Positions 10,455 through 21,323 of a DNA stretch of 64,000 nt are shown here, in pieces. The translations under genes and the position numbers were made by a program. The stretch lies in the NCBI GenBank assembly GCA_963755715.1, contig CAVWLW010000032.1, positions 105,991 through 169,990 on the forward strand. Direction: 5' to 3'. A model generated the notes under the pieces. That model was not told the origin of the DNA. It was given only the letters and a program-made list of their open reading frames with translations, and searched no databases. The stretch's first letter is position 1. Each line of letters begins with the position of its first letter. Source of the stretch: an uncultured delta proteobacterium. Lineage in GTDB: Bacteria; Desulfobacterota; Binatia; UBA9968.

Positions 10455-11087
10455 CTATCCAGCCTTACGAACTTTGCTTGCCCAAATATCGCTGATCTCT
10501 TTCGACGCGGCAATGCGGCCGTAGTGTTTCTTGACCAACGCCACCGCTTCGTTATGCGCTTGCGGTCCGTAAGTCGTGGCGCAGCAATCTTCGACGAGCG
10601 TGATGTAGTAATCGAGCATGAAGCCGACGGTGAGCGTATGAAAAACGCACATGCCGGTGCCGACGCCGGTGACGAGCAGGCTTTCGACGCCGCGAGCGCG
10701 CAGCAGCATGTCGAGATCGGTGCCGATAAACGCGCTGTAGCGGTGTTTGGTGACGATCATTTCACCGTCTCGCGGTTCTAGTCCCGCGTGAAACTCTGCG
10801 CCCCACGTGCCTTCGGCGCAGGCGAGCAATTCCGGATTCTTGAATTCCGTCCAAACCGGTGAGTTGGTCCATTGGTTGCCCGAGGTTTTCACGAAGCAGA
10901 TCGGAAAATTATGCGACCGCGCCTGGTTCACTAAATTCACCAAGCGCGGAATCATATCCTGTACGAACGCCATGTCGCGTCCGCGCTTGCAAGCGGCGCC
11001 GTCGCGGTGGCAGAAGTCGTTTTGCATATCGACGACGATGAGCATGCCGTGCTCGGGACCGACACGGTCTTCCAAAGAGAATGGCAT
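10455..11087 (-). CDS. Isochorismatase/cysteine hydrolase family protein
   Basis: VVDMQNDF, KHRYSAFIGT, GVGTGMCV (D-K-C triad). Confidence 0.9.
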   Translation of the reverse strand: MPFSLEDRVGPEHGMLIVVDMQNDFCHRDGAACKRGRDMAFVQDMIPRLVNLVNQARSHNFPICFVKTSGNQWTNSPVWTEFKNPELLACAEGTWGAEFHAGLEPRDGEMIVTKHRYSAFIGTDLDMLLRARGVESLLVTGVGTGMCVFHTLTVGFMLDYYITLVEDCCATTYGPQAHNEAVALVKKHYGRIAASKEISDIWASKVRKAG

Positions 11088-11097
11088 CGAAACGCTC

Positions 11098-12099
11098 CTA
11101 CTCGTAAAGTTTTTTGATGAAGCCGCTGTCGTCCAGCTCTTTCACTAGGCTGTTGTCAAAAAAAGCTTGCGGGTTGGCGGAGCGGGCGCGCGGGTTATCC
11201 TTGGCATAGAAGTCCAACAAAGTCGTCACGCCTTTCAAGGAAACGTACGGCGCGTTTTCAAAGTAGCCCGAAGTATAAAGTGTGTGGGATCGCTCCAAAT
11301 ATTTGGTCTGCGCCGGGGCTGTTCTGAGTTTTCTTGCGAGGACATCGATGCTTTCTTTGCGGTTCTTCTTGAAGTAGGCAATGCCCTCGACATATCCCCT
11401 CATGAAACGCAACGTCAAATCTCGATGCGCGCGGAGGTAAGCGCGAGTGGTGTCGATCATGCTGTGCAGGTAATAAATGTCCATGTCGGCGAGATCGGCG
11501 AGCGTGCGGAAGCCTTGGTCTTCGGCGAAGAAAAACGTCGGCTCGGTGAGGACCGCCGCATCGATCCCGCCTTTTTCGAGAGCGGCCATCATGGCGGGCG
11601 ACGACCCGATTTGCAGGGTCTGCACGTCGTTCGGAGTCATGTTCCAACCGCGCAGCATGATCAGCAACACCAAGTGAGAGGCGGCGCCCAGTCGCGTTAT
11701 GCCGATTTTTTTTCCGCGCAGGTCCTCGGGACGCTTGAGATCGCCGCGGGCCACGACCCTTTGCACGCCCTTGTTGACGATGGAGCCAATCATGATTACA
11801 TCGGCACCGCCGAGCGCCGCGTTGATGACGCCGCCGCCTCCACCGCCGAGGAACTGAACGTCTCCGGCAATCAGCGAGCTAACGCCGCCAGCGGAGGCGC
11901 CGCCGATCAAAATCACTTCGCTTTCGATACCATGCTTTTTGAAAAGCCCTTTTTCCTCGGCTATCCACAAGGCCGCGTTGATGGGTGTGAAGGAGCTGAG
12001 GCCGATGCGTAGCCGATCAGCGGCGAGGACCGTGGATGGGTATAAGCAAGCGCCGAGTAATAGTGCGAGACTGGTGATGGTGAGGAATTTCGACGCCAT
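11098..12099 (-). CDS. ABC substrate-binding protein, NMT1/SsuA-like
   Basis: Signal peptide; WIAEEKGLFKKHGI, DLRGKKIGITRLG, ALEKGGIDAA. Confidence 0.85.
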   Translation of the reverse strand: MASKFLTITSLALLLGACLYPSTVLAADRLRIGLSSFTPINAALWIAEEKGLFKKHGIESEVILIGGASAGGVSSLIAGDVQFLGGGGGGVINAALGGADVIMIGSIVNKGVQRVVARGDLKRPEDLRGKKIGITRLGAASHLVLLIMLRGWNMTPNDVQTLQIGSSPAMMAALEKGGIDAAVLTEPTFFFAEDQGFRTLADLADMDIYYLHSMIDTTRAYLRAHRDLTLRFMRGYVEGIAYFKKNRKESIDVLARKLRTAPAQTKYLERSHTLYTSGYFENAPYVSLKGVTTLLDFYAKDNPRARSANPQAFFDNSLVKELDDSGFIKKLYE

Positions 12100-12229
12100 A
12101 GAATTTATCCGAGATCTTTTAGCTCGTCACCAATGCGAAATCCTCATTTTATGAATTTCCTTCGAGCTCTTCATCCGAAATCCTAAGCACTCGGTCGACG
12201 CTCCGGTTGCCGATAACCAGCCGAGAACG

Positions 12230-13042
12230 TTATTTCCGATCTTCCGGCTTGATATACTTCACCGATGCGCCGCCCTTTTGCGAGTGGAGGTATCCTTCCA
12301 CGTCGCTCAGCGGATTGGTGTAGTAGCGCAACCGATGTTGGACGAGGTCGTCGGCGCGCAGCGCCATGTCGAAGGGCAAGTCTTTTTGCATATAGGCAGC
12401 GATCTTGGCGTTCTCTAAGGTTGCGCCGTTGCGGCTGGCGAGTTCTTTGGCAAGCGTGTCGACATAGCTATCGAGGTCTTTGTCGGGCACGACATCCGAT
12501 ACGAGCCCGACGCGTTCCGCCTCGATGCCGGTCAAGTTTCTACCGGTAAGGGAAATATAGAAAGCTTTCTTGAATGGAATGCCGGCGTGAAAGAGCGACG
12601 GTGTCGCGGTAGCGCCGTAGCTGCCGCGGATGACTTCCGGCATACCGAATTTCGCGCTCTCTGCGCTGATGACCAAATCATGGCCGTTGATCAGCGCCAA
12701 GCCGCCGCCGAGACACCAGCCGCGGACTTTCGCAACTGTCACCTGCGGCAGTTTGCGCATGATGTCGACAATCTCCGCGACGCCGCCAAAACCACGCGTG
12801 CGGCGACGGTTGTCTTGCCCGCGCATATCGTAAAGGTCGCGGCCGGAAGAATAAGAATCGCCGCCCCCGGTTGTGACGATGCAGCGAATCTTGTCGTTTT
12901 CGGCAAGCGCGCGGAGAATGCTCGATAGCTCGGCGAGCAAAGCGATGCTGAGAGCGTTTTTCTTTTCGGGACGATTTAGGATCAGCCAGGCGATGCCGGC
13001 GTTTTCGTCGATGTTGGCGTTGATGAGTTTGGTATCGGCCAT
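12230..13042 (-). CDS. Enoyl-CoA hydratase/isomerase (crotonase) family protein
   Basis: LNRPEKKNAL, SSGRDL, GWCLGGG, FGMPE. Confidence 0.9.
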   Translation of the reverse strand: MADTKLINANIDENAGIAWLILNRPEKKNALSIALLAELSSILRALAENDKIRCIVTTGGGDSYSSGRDLYDMRGQDNRRRTRGFGGVAEIVDIMRKLPQVTVAKVRGWCLGGGLALINGHDLVISAESAKFGMPEVIRGSYGATATPSLFHAGIPFKKAFYISLTGRNLTGIEAERVGLVSDVVPDKDLDSYVDTLAKELASRNGATLENAKIAAYMQKDLPFDMALRADDLVQHRLRYYTNPLSDVEGYLHSQKGGASVKYIKPEDRK

Positions 13043-13103
13043 GGTTTTACTCCGTAAGTTTAAGTTAGTTCAAGCCGTTCAAATCGTTTCTTGTTCTGTA
13101 TCC

Positions 13104-13215
13104 TGTCATTTCGAGGTCCTTCGAAATACTCAGGATAGACTCCGCCAAGAAATCTTTTCAGGAAGGATCTCCCATGGAGTTTACCCTGAGCGCAGTCGAA
13201 GGGTTCGAGATGACA
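13104..13215. repeat. REP-like palindromic element (TGTCAT...ATGACA class) with nested inverted arms
   Basis: TGTCATTTCGA...TCGAGATGACA ends; inner CTTCGA..CTCAGG..GACTCC / GGAGTT..CCTGAG..TCGAAG. Confidence 0.75.
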
Positions 13216-13252
13216 ATCGTTGATGTAGGATATTTTCTCGCTCTCAGATCGC

Positions 13253-14260
13253 CTATGTAAACCGGTAGAACGTTTTCGCATTGCCGGCGAGAATCTTTTG
13301 CTTGGTTTGATCCGATACATCCTTGCGGCGCACGACTTGGCTTACGCTGTGCGGCCATTCCATATCCCAGTGCGGATAGTCGGAGGCGTACATCATGCAT
13401 TCGTCGCCGAACTGTTCGATCACCAGCGGTAGCGCCGATTCCTCGCCTTCGCAGGTGAAGTAGCAGCGATGGTCCTTGATGTATTCGCTCGGCAGCAGCT
13501 TGAGCGGCTCCATTTCTGATTTGCGCAGTAAATATTTTTCGTCGAAGCGCTCCATCCAGTAGGGCAGGAAGCCGACGCCGGCTTCAAGAAAGCCGACTTT
13601 GAGCTTCGGAAAACGGTCGAGCACGCCATTGGAAATGATCGAGACGATCGAGAGCATTTGCTCGAACGGATGCGAGGTCATGTGCACGCCGATATATTTA
13701 TGAAAACGCGTGTTGCCTATCGCCACTTGGGCTGTCGCGTGAAAACCGACGGGCACGCCCAGCTCTTGCGCCTCGGCGTAAATCGGATCGAACTGGGGCT
13801 GGCCAAGGTCCAAGCCTTGCTGCACGTAGGTCGGCATCATCACGCCGACAGCGGCTTTTTCGGTCACCGCGCGACGCAATTCTTGCACCGCTTCGGGCAC
13901 GACTTGGGGCGCGATGACGGCGGCGTATTTGATCCGATTGCCGCTGTCCTGACAAAAGTCGCAGGCCCAATCGTTGTAGGCCGTGGCCAGTGCGACGGCT
14001 AGATCGAGCTCGCGCACCAGACCGATCGACAGGGCATTACTGGGATAGGCCACGGCATCGGCGATTTTTTCCACGTCGAGGTCTTTGCAGTATTCTTCGG
14101 GATTACTCGGCTTGCGACCGGTGGTGTCGTTTAGAAAGATGTCCCAGCCGAACGACGGGAAGTAAGGTCCGCTGCGCGCGCGAAATTTTTCCGGCAAATA
14201 TTTTTTATACGCCGCTGCGTCGAGATGATGGGCGTCGGCGTCGATGATCGTAAATTCCAC
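13253..14260 (-). CDS. Amidohydrolase_2 family protein
   Basis: IIDADAHH, GFHA, FLEAGVGFLP, YASDYPHWD. Confidence 0.9.
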   Translation of the reverse strand: MEFTIIDADAHHLDAAAYKKYLPEKFRARSGPYFPSFGWDIFLNDTTGRKPSNPEEYCKDLDVEKIADAVAYPSNALSIGLVRELDLAVALATAYNDWACDFCQDSGNRIKYAAVIAPQVVPEAVQELRRAVTEKAAVGVMMPTYVQQGLDLGQPQFDPIYAEAQELGVPVGFHATAQVAIGNTRFHKYIGVHMTSHPFEQMLSIVSIISNGVLDRFPKLKVGFLEAGVGFLPYWMERFDEKYLLRKSEMEPLKLLPSEYIKDHRCYFTCEGEESALPLVIEQFGDECMMYASDYPHWDMEWPHSVSQVVRRKDVSDQTKQKILAGNAKTFYRFT

Positions 14261-14362
14261 GATAAAGCCTCCTGAAAAGCGAGCAAAGTTACACCGGCTT
14301 GGGCAGTTTCGTGTTCCAAGGATCGCGTTTCCAGTTCAACCCGGGCCCCGAAACGGTATCCG

Positions 14363-16054
14363 TTAGTCCTGCAATCCGTAGCGTTGCGCGATGTTGAGAA
14401 AGACCGAGCCGACAAATACGGTGCCGATCGTAATGATCAGGCTGAAAGCGGCCAATTCGCCGACGTGACCGTTGTCCCACAGCTCCCAGATCGTCACCGC
14501 CACCACCTGCGAACCCGGTGAATAGAGCAGTAGCGCGATCGACAGCTCTTTGAACGTGATCAGAAAAATATAGATCCAGCCGGCCAGCAGCGCCGGCATA
14601 ATCAGCGGCACGACGACGTGACGTACCATCTGGAACCAGCTCGCGCCGCTCGCCAGGGCGCCTTCTTCAAGCTCCTTGTGCAGGCTCAATAGCGCGGAGT
14701 GACTAAAGCGAATTCCGTACGGTAGATAGCGGGCGGTGAACGCTAGCACCAAAATCCAAATCGTCCCATAGACCGGGATTGGCAGGATCAAATACATTTT
14801 CAAAATGGCGATGCCCATCACAATGCCGGGAAAAACCAGCGGCAGCATCGACATTTGGTCCAGCAACCAGCGGCCTTTGATCGACGCGCGCACGACCAAC
14901 CAGGCGGCGAAAAAAGTGATGACGACGGCGACCGTCGCCGACGAGACGCTGACGGTCAGGCTGTTCAGCACAGAGCGAATCACGCCGCTGTCGTTAAACG
15001 CAGTGACGTAGTTGTTGAGCGTTAGCAGGGAAAGCGCCTTGCGCGACGGCACCTGGGCAAAAGGCAGAAAGGACGACCAGGCGATGGCGACGATCGGCAA
15101 AAATTGCAGCAGCGGCAAAACCAGCATCAGCAAACCGCCAAACCAGCGCCATTTGCCGAGCGCGATTCGGTTGGGCCGGAAGTTTTTGCCGCTGATAGTC
15201 GTGAACTTATAGGTCTTGCTGGTGATGCGATAGTAAGGAATCAATCCCAGGGCGACCAGCACGATGAGAATGATCGAGTAGGCACTGGCCTCGCCATATT
15301 TCGGAATCAGCCCGCCTTTAATCTGCAGATAGATTTTGGTGGTGAGCACTTCGACACCGGCAGGAATGCCGATCAGCGCAGGAATTTCAAAAGCTTCCAG
15401 CGAGCGGATCATGGTCAATATCATCACCGCCAAGACGCTGGGGACCGCCAGCGGAAACGTCACGCGCTGAAATACTTGCCAACCGCTGCTCCCGGCTGTG
15501 GTCGCCGCTTCTTCCAATGACGGATCCATGGAGCGGAAGGGGGTCGACATGAGTAGAAACACGATCGGGATCCAAAGAAAACTTTCGACTAAAATCATGC
15601 CGCTCATGGAAAAGATGTTAAAAAAAGGTTGTCCGATGAGCGCCATTCCGACAGCATTCAGCATTCCTGCTTTGGGGCCGAGAAGCATGATCCAGCCGAC
15701 AACTTTGATGATGCCTGGAATCGCGAACGACACGTAGGCTGAGATATAGGCGAGTTTGCGAAATGGAGCGTCGCTGCGCTCGGCGAGCCACGCGAGCGCC
15801 GTGCCGTAAACCAAGGCAACGGCGGAGCTGCTCACCGCGTAAATCAGGGAATTGCTCAGCAATGTTTTAACGTCGCCGAGAGAATCGACGATGTTGAGGA
15901 AATGCTGAATCGTAAACGAGCCAGCTTGCAATCCCCGGTCGGTGACCAGGCTGGTGTGCAGTATGAAAAAAAACGGCGGCAAGACAAGATAGGCTAAAAT
16001 CGCCGTCGTGAACAGAAATAACATCTGCGCCGGGTTGCGCATCATCATGTGCAT
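14363..16054 (-). CDS. ABC transporter permease, Fe3+/FbpB-type (two BPD domains)
   Basis: Many TM segments; two EAA loops (SLEEAATTAGS, ELEEGALASGAS). Confidence 0.9.
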   Translation of the reverse strand: MHMMMRNPAQMLFLFTTAILAYLVLPPFFFILHTSLVTDRGLQAGSFTIQHFLNIVDSLGDVKTLLSNSLIYAVSSSAVALVYGTALAWLAERSDAPFRKLAYISAYVSFAIPGIIKVVGWIMLLGPKAGMLNAVGMALIGQPFFNIFSMSGMILVESFLWIPIVFLLMSTPFRSMDPSLEEAATTAGSSGWQVFQRVTFPLAVPSVLAVMILTMIRSLEAFEIPALIGIPAGVEVLTTKIYLQIKGGLIPKYGEASAYSIILIVLVALGLIPYYRITSKTYKFTTISGKNFRPNRIALGKWRWFGGLLMLVLPLLQFLPIVAIAWSSFLPFAQVPSRKALSLLTLNNYVTAFNDSGVIRSVLNSLTVSVSSATVAVVITFFAAWLVVRASIKGRWLLDQMSMLPLVFPGIVMGIAILKMYLILPIPVYGTIWILVLAFTARYLPYGIRFSHSALLSLHKELEEGALASGASWFQMVRHVVVPLIMPALLAGWIYIFLITFKELSIALLLYSPGSQVVAVTIWELWDNGHVGELAAFSLIITIGTVFVGSVFLNIAQRYGLQD

Positions 16055-16744
16055 TGTCAGGCCCTCGCGCTTAAATGGTTTTGAGTCTCGGGTTACGGCT
16101 TTCGGGTCAACATTAAACTCGAAACTGACATTGCAAGCTATATATCAAAACGGACGGGCAAGACAATTGCGGCTGTGGGAAGGAGGTAAGGGGTAAGAAA
16201 CACGCGGAGCGGGGATTGGCTGCACGCCTTACCCTCCCTCCAGCCTGACGCTCTTAAACCCCCGGGCCGATGAATGGCTCGCCCGGGGATCTCCAGACAA
16301 TGGTTCGAGCATCTCCGACCAGTTGTTCGCGGCGACCTTGCGACGCAATTCGTTCGGCTACAGCTTACCGTCCTAGCGTAGCACCTATATTTAACAATAA
16401 AGAGCGGTAACGGGTCAGAGCGATGAAATTAACGATTGGGGATCATGCAGATTTCGTGCGCATCTTGGATGTAATTTGGTATCGGGAATTTGCTGACTCT
16501 TGTCAGAAGCACGGTTAGAAAGTATGTCTTTGTGAAGGCCGATAACAATCTGGATCGGTGCAAAGGTCGAGACGCTGAAGGCGCGACAGACTACGGTCCT
16601 GATTCATGCATACCATGAATTGCTGTTAGCGTAAGAAGGTTGCGCCTAGGAATCGAGCGGGTTTCTATCCTACACACCCTGAGAAGACCCCCCAGCCAAT
16701 GAGTTGCTCGCCTAGCACGCCAGAGCCGGCATCGTGCGTTCAAA

Positions 16745-18040
16745 TTGATCTTTGTTCCGCTACTGATATTTTCGCTGTTCGCCCAGTGCGCTGTGGTCTG
16801 GACTCAACTGGAAGATATTCGAGGCGGCTATTTTGATTTCGTGCTGTACTACAGCGGCGCCAAGATCTTCAATGATGGAAACGGCGCGCAATTATATGAT
16901 TTACAGGTGCAAAGGGAGTATCAAAAAGAATTTGGCGTCGCCAATCAAAATCGGGATTTGCCGTTTAATCACCTCCCCTATGAGTTATTGCTGCTTCTGA
17001 TTCCAGCGAAATTTTCATTTCCCGTCGCCCACTCTCTTTGGGCGGCAATTAATATCCTGCTGCTTGCAGTAATCTTGCTCCGCCTTTCGCCTTTCGTCGA
17101 GGGTAGGCATCGGTGGTTGTTTGCTCTCATGCTATTCGCTTATTTCCCAACCCTAACAGCTCTCAAGATGGGTCAGGATTCAGTAATTACGACCTTTCTG
17201 CTGGTCGAAACTTTTGTGAGCCTCAAACGCAAACGCTACGCCATAGCCGGCGGCCTGTTAGCCCTGGGCCTATACAAACCGCAGTTCGTTTTACCGATGG
17301 TCGGGATATTTTTGCTACACCGCCGTTGGTCGTCGATATTTGGGTTTTTGTTTACGGGACTGTTGCTTGGCGTGCTCTCACTGGCGATGGTGGGATGGAA
17401 CGGCCTGCTCGGGTTATTTTCATTGTGGTTGCCGATGACGCAGCGTGGTCACGTCGTTTGGCCGGAACTGATGACGAATTTACGTGGCTTGATGTACATG
17501 ATATTGGACCTCGGTGGGTTATCGGGTGCAACGAATATCCTGACTTTGGCTTTTTCCATATTAGTTTATGTCATAGCGTTGCGCCTGTGGCCGCGAAGCG
17601 CGGACGAGCGGAATGAACTGTTCGATCTGCGCTTCGCCCTTGCTGTGGCGATGACCGCGCTAGTAAGTTTTCACTTGTACTCGTACGACGGCACTCTGCT
17701 GGCAATTCCTCTAATCATTATGCTGAACCAAATCTTGAAAGACCCCAATTCCTATCCCGTGCGGCATCGCATTTTTTTGGCTATTCTGATCGCATGGTTT
17801 CTTCCGTTAGTGCCGAATATACTTCTGAGCGCGGCGAGTCTCGCCTGGTGGGCGCTGCCTTTACCATTTCTTTTTGGTGTGATCGCTATGGAGATTTGGC
17901 GCTGCTCGAAGTGGACCGTCGGCAGGGATGAATTGGTTGGAACGGCTGTGCCTATGAGTCGACGCAGTTGGATCGTTAAGACGAAGGGAAATTCACGATG
18001 GAACAAACAGCAACTGGTAATGGCCAGACTTGGGATTTAG
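16745..18040 (+). CDS. GT87/DUF2029 membrane glycosyltransferase (GT-C fold); start uncertain
   Basis: DFVLYYSG, PFNHLP, GQDS, YKPQ, HLYSYD motifs; polytopic. Confidence 0.8.
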   Translation: MIFVPLLIFSLFAQCAVVWTQLEDIRGGYFDFVLYYSGAKIFNDGNGAQLYDLQVQREYQKEFGVANQNRDLPFNHLPYELLLLLIPAKFSFPVAHSLWAAINILLLAVILLRLSPFVEGRHRWLFALMLFAYFPTLTALKMGQDSVITTFLLVETFVSLKRKRYAIAGGLLALGLYKPQFVLPMVGIFLLHRRWSSIFGFLFTGLLLGVLSLAMVGWNGLLGLFSLWLPMTQRGHVVWPELMTNLRGLMYMILDLGGLSGATNILTLAFSILVYVIALRLWPRSADERNELFDLRFALAVAMTALVSFHLYSYDGTLLAIPLIIMLNQILKDPNSYPVRHRIFLAILIAWFLPLVPNILLSAASLAWWALPLPFLFGVIAMEIWRCSKWTVGRDELVGTAVPMSRRSWIVKTKGNSRWNKQQLVMARLGI

Positions 18041-19746
18041 AAGCGGATGTCATCGTGATCGGCTCGGGAGCGGCGGGGCTTCCGGCAGCGATTAGAGCAG
18101 TTGAAGGAGGCGCGTCGGTTATCGTCGTGGAGGCAAATTACGACGTTGGTGGGCACGCGATCATCAGCGGCGGCCATATGGCTCTCGGTGGCGGCACCAG
18201 CGCGCAGAAAAAATACAATATTCCCGATTCGCCGGACACGGTGTTTTCCGATCTGACCGATTGGTCGATCGTGCAGCCCAACGGTTCGCCGGATTTTCGT
18301 TACAACGACCGGGCAGTCATGCGCGCCTTCGCGGATCACTGCGCGCAAACTTTTGAATTCTTGCTGGCCAACGGTGTCGAGTTTACCGATAAGGCGCCGG
18401 ACAATCATGGTGCATCGACCACGGGCAACTCGGCGCCGCGCGAGAATCATGCGTTCTGGACTAAGGGTGCCGGCTTAGAAAGTCCCAACGCCGCAGCCGG
18501 AACGGGCGTGATCCGGCCGTTGGAAGCAAGCGCGCGCGCGAAGGGCGTGCGCTTTTTGCTGAACTACAAGATGACCGGGCTGATCCGTGAGCCGAACGTG
18601 GATGGAAACTCGGCGCCAGTGATTGGTCTCACGGCGCGATATACCCCGCGCATCATGCCCGGGTCAACGACGCCGTTAAAGAGCTTTCGTTCGGAGGGCA
18701 ATATCGAAAGCACGCTGCCGACGATGAAACTGCGCGCGCGCAAAGCGGTGATTATCGCCACGGGTGGCAGCACCAGCGACATCAATTTTCGCCGCATGTT
18801 TGACCCGCGCTTGACGCCGGTGATCCAAGTCGGCGGTGAACCGTATAGTTATCAAGACGCCAGCGGCGAACTCGCGGCGATGGCCATCGGCGCGTCGCTC
18901 TGGGGCCTGGCCAACCAAACATTGGAAAACGGCGCGACCATGCGCACCCAACGCGCTCTTGCGACCAAGTATAATTACACAACATGGAAGCTAGAGAGCC
19001 CGATTTTTCCATTGGTGCGCGCGACCGGTTTCAACGTGAAGGATTGGCAGGACTTGATTCTCGTCAACCAAGTGGGCAAGCGATTTTACGACGAGACCAA
19101 GGGCGACGTCCCGCACGGCAATCTCGGCGGCCAAATCACGCCGTGTATGCCCAATGATTATCGCAATGCCGAGAACGTTAAGTTCAATCCGACAAAATAC
19201 AATTTTACCCACGCGGCGCTGGCGATGAACGAGTATTCAGAGCCGCCGGATTATTGCGCGGGTCCGGTGTGGGCGATCTTTGACGCGGACGCGGTAGAAC
19301 GCGAAGGGTGGAAGGTCGTGCCGCCGTCCGTCGATCCAGACGGGTATTTTTTTGCCGCGAACACACTCGAAGAGCTCGCCACCGCGATCAAAAACGAATA
19401 TCAGGCAAAGCCCATGCAAGGCGCGACGCTACAAGCGACGGTGGAGCGCTACAATTCGTTCGTCGACGCGGGAGAAGACAAGGATTTCGGCAAGCCGGCG
19501 CCGAAACATAAAATCCAAACGCCGCCGTTTTACGCGGCTTGGGGGACGCCGGTGGTGCACGACACGCGGGCCGGCTTGAGAATCAATGCCAGGTGCCAAG
19601 TGATCGACATGAGCGGCAAAGTGATCCCCGGTCTCTACTGCGCCGGTGAGTCGGCCGGCGGCTTCAACCAACATGGTATGGGCCGCTGCGCTACGCAGGG
19701 ATTTATCGCTGGTACTGACGCAGCGAAGTTGTCGCGGCACGAGTAG
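17998..19746 (+). CDS. FAD-dependent oxidoreductase (FAD_binding_2; fumarate reductase/ketosteroid dehydrogenase-like)
   Basis: DVIVIGSGAAG, VIIATGG, HDTRAGLRIN, GLYCAGE. Confidence 0.88.
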   Translation: MEQTATGNGQTWDLEADVIVIGSGAAGLPAAIRAVEGGASVIVVEANYDVGGHAIISGGHMALGGGTSAQKKYNIPDSPDTVFSDLTDWSIVQPNGSPDFRYNDRAVMRAFADHCAQTFEFLLANGVEFTDKAPDNHGASTTGNSAPRENHAFWTKGAGLESPNAAAGTGVIRPLEASARAKGVRFLLNYKMTGLIREPNVDGNSAPVIGLTARYTPRIMPGSTTPLKSFRSEGNIESTLPTMKLRARKAVIIATGGSTSDINFRRMFDPRLTPVIQVGGEPYSYQDASGELAAMAIGASLWGLANQTLENGATMRTQRALATKYNYTTWKLESPIFPLVRATGFNVKDWQDLILVNQVGKRFYDETKGDVPHGNLGGQITPCMPNDYRNAENVKFNPTKYNFTHAALAMNEYSEPPDYCAGPVWAIFDADAVEREGWKVVPPSVDPDGYFFAANTLEELATAIKNEYQAKPMQGATLQATVERYNSFVDAGEDKDFGKPAPKHKIQTPPFYAAWGTPVVHDTRAGLRINARCQVIDMSGKVIPGLYCAGESAGGFNQHGMGRCATQGFIAGTDAAKLSRHE

Positions 19747-19800
19747 GGGCAACCCCCGTGGTTGCTCTGTCGGAAGGCAGGCACTGGGGTGTGCCCTTAC
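19743..19800. repeat. GTAG-family REP doublet between convergent genes
   Basis: GTAGGGGCAACCCCCGTGGTTGCTC ... GGCAGGCACTGGGGTGTGCCCTTAC. Confidence 0.7.
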
Positions 19801-21308
19801 AACTGAAAGATCAATGACTTGATCGTTACCGGCACAGTGCCGGACGGCTCCAGGGTTTTTCCCAGATCGATGAAGTCGAAGTCACTGAGCGTGACGCCGT
19901 CCAGACAAAGCAGAGGGTTCTCGATCGCGAAATCATCTCGGAGAATCGTGCCGACCAATCCCGCCAAGTCGTGGTCGAAGACGAGATAGATCGGCCGGCC
20001 GTTTTTCAAAGTGCCCGGCAAGCCATCGATCAGGCCGCGGCAAAATGCCGCGATGCGGATCGCGGTCGGCGGACCGTCCCAGCGGAACACGAGAGCGACT
20101 TCTGCAACTCCCTCTACCAAATCGAAGGCGCGAAAATGTTTCTGGATCGCCTGAGCGATTGTTGCGCTGACGATCTCGCCGGACAAATCGACGTCCGGCC
20201 GCAGCACCTGCAGATTTTTTTGCGGCAGTAAACTTTCATCGGTGCGGTGAATCGTATTGCCGCTAACTTGCACCGTGTGTTGCGCCGCGCCTATGACCGT
20301 GGCGCGGATGCACTCGCGCGCGGGCGCCAGCGGCGAGCGCAGCGCTCCGCTGCTTATTTGACGCTGGAGGGATTGTCCCAATGGCGCGCCGAGATCGCCG
20401 AATGATTTCGACTCCTTGCCATAAACATATTCGCCGACGCCGCCGGAAAAAATAACCGCATCGTAATGCTTCGCACCGCTCAGAGGTGCTGTTAGCCAGA
20501 GCTGAGCAAGCTCGGACGACGGTTGTTCGTCCTGCGCAAGGCTGAGAATTGCTTGCGCCATGTAATTCGTTAGACGCTCGACCTCCGCATTCGTGACCCG
20601 GCTGCCAACCTGCCACGCAAAGCCAACCTGGTGGGCCAATGCTTGGCCGCCCGGTTCTAACAAAGTGATCGTGTCTGCGTTGTCGGTAGCCAACAGTCGC
20701 CCGCCGATGTGAAACGCCGCGGTACTCAGCACGCGCCCGCATTCGGCGACGGCCAACTTCGTCGTGCCCCCGCCGATGTCGATGTTTAGCACTCGGCATT
20801 GCTTTTCAGCGGAATACGCGACCGCGCCCGAGCCATGCGCGGCCAGCAGCGCTTCGAAGTTGTGCCCGGCCGTGGCGCAGACGAAGGTGCCGCGCTGCGC
20901 GGCGAACAAGTCGGCGATGGCGCGTGCGTTGTCACGTCGGATCGCTTCGCCGGTGAGGATGATCGCGCCGGTGTCAATGTCGCGCGGGGTCAAGCCGGCT
21001 TCCTGGTACGCGGCGTCGACGAGACGACCCAGTGCTTGATCGTCGACGCGTTCACGACCTGCACTATACGGTGTCAAATGAACCGGCGACAAGTAGAGCG
21101 TGTCGCGTTCTGTGACGACAAAGCGGCTGGAGAGTTCCCGACCGAGTCGGCGCAGAACCAATTGCGAAAAAATAATCTGTGAGGTGGCAGTGCCGACGTC
21201 GATACCGACGCTCGTAAGCGTGATCGTGTCGAGCTTCCAAAGCGGATGTTCTTCCTCTTCGTCGAGCCCGTGCGCGTCGTGGTCGTGATCGTGGGGAAGA
21301 TCGTGCAT
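19797..21308 (-). CDS. eutA: EutA-like reactivating factor (actin/Hsp70-fold ATPase) with His/acidic N-terminus
   Basis: SVGIDVGTATSQIIFS, DTGAIILTGE, FVCATAG, LNIDIGGGTT, FSGGV, IRATVIGA, DFIDLG, VPVTIKSL. Confidence 0.88.
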   Translation of the reverse strand: MHDLPHDHDHDAHGLDEEEEHPLWKLDTITLTSVGIDVGTATSQIIFSQLVLRRLGRELSSRFVVTERDTLYLSPVHLTPYSAGRERVDDQALGRLVDAAYQEAGLTPRDIDTGAIILTGEAIRRDNARAIADLFAAQRGTFVCATAGHNFEALLAAHGSGAVAYSAEKQCRVLNIDIGGGTTKLAVAECGRVLSTAAFHIGGRLLATDNADTITLLEPGGQALAHQVGFAWQVGSRVTNAEVERLTNYMAQAILSLAQDEQPSSELAQLWLTAPLSGAKHYDAVIFSGGVGEYVYGKESKSFGDLGAPLGQSLQRQISSGALRSPLAPARECIRATVIGAAQHTVQVSGNTIHRTDESLLPQKNLQVLRPDVDLSGEIVSATIAQAIQKHFRAFDLVEGVAEVALVFRWDGPPTAIRIAAFCRGLIDGLPGTLKNGRPIYLVFDHDLAGLVGTILRDDFAIENPLLCLDGVTLSDFDFIDLGKTLEPSGTVPVTIKSLIFQL

Positions 21309-21323
21309 GGCAGATTCCAAGGA

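Noticed and set aside
16557-16647. Possible c-di-GMP-I riboswitch upstream of the GT87 gene
   Set aside because: GCAAA and GGTTGC ends are present, but the GAAA tetraloop, GACGCAAAGC and receptor motifs are not.
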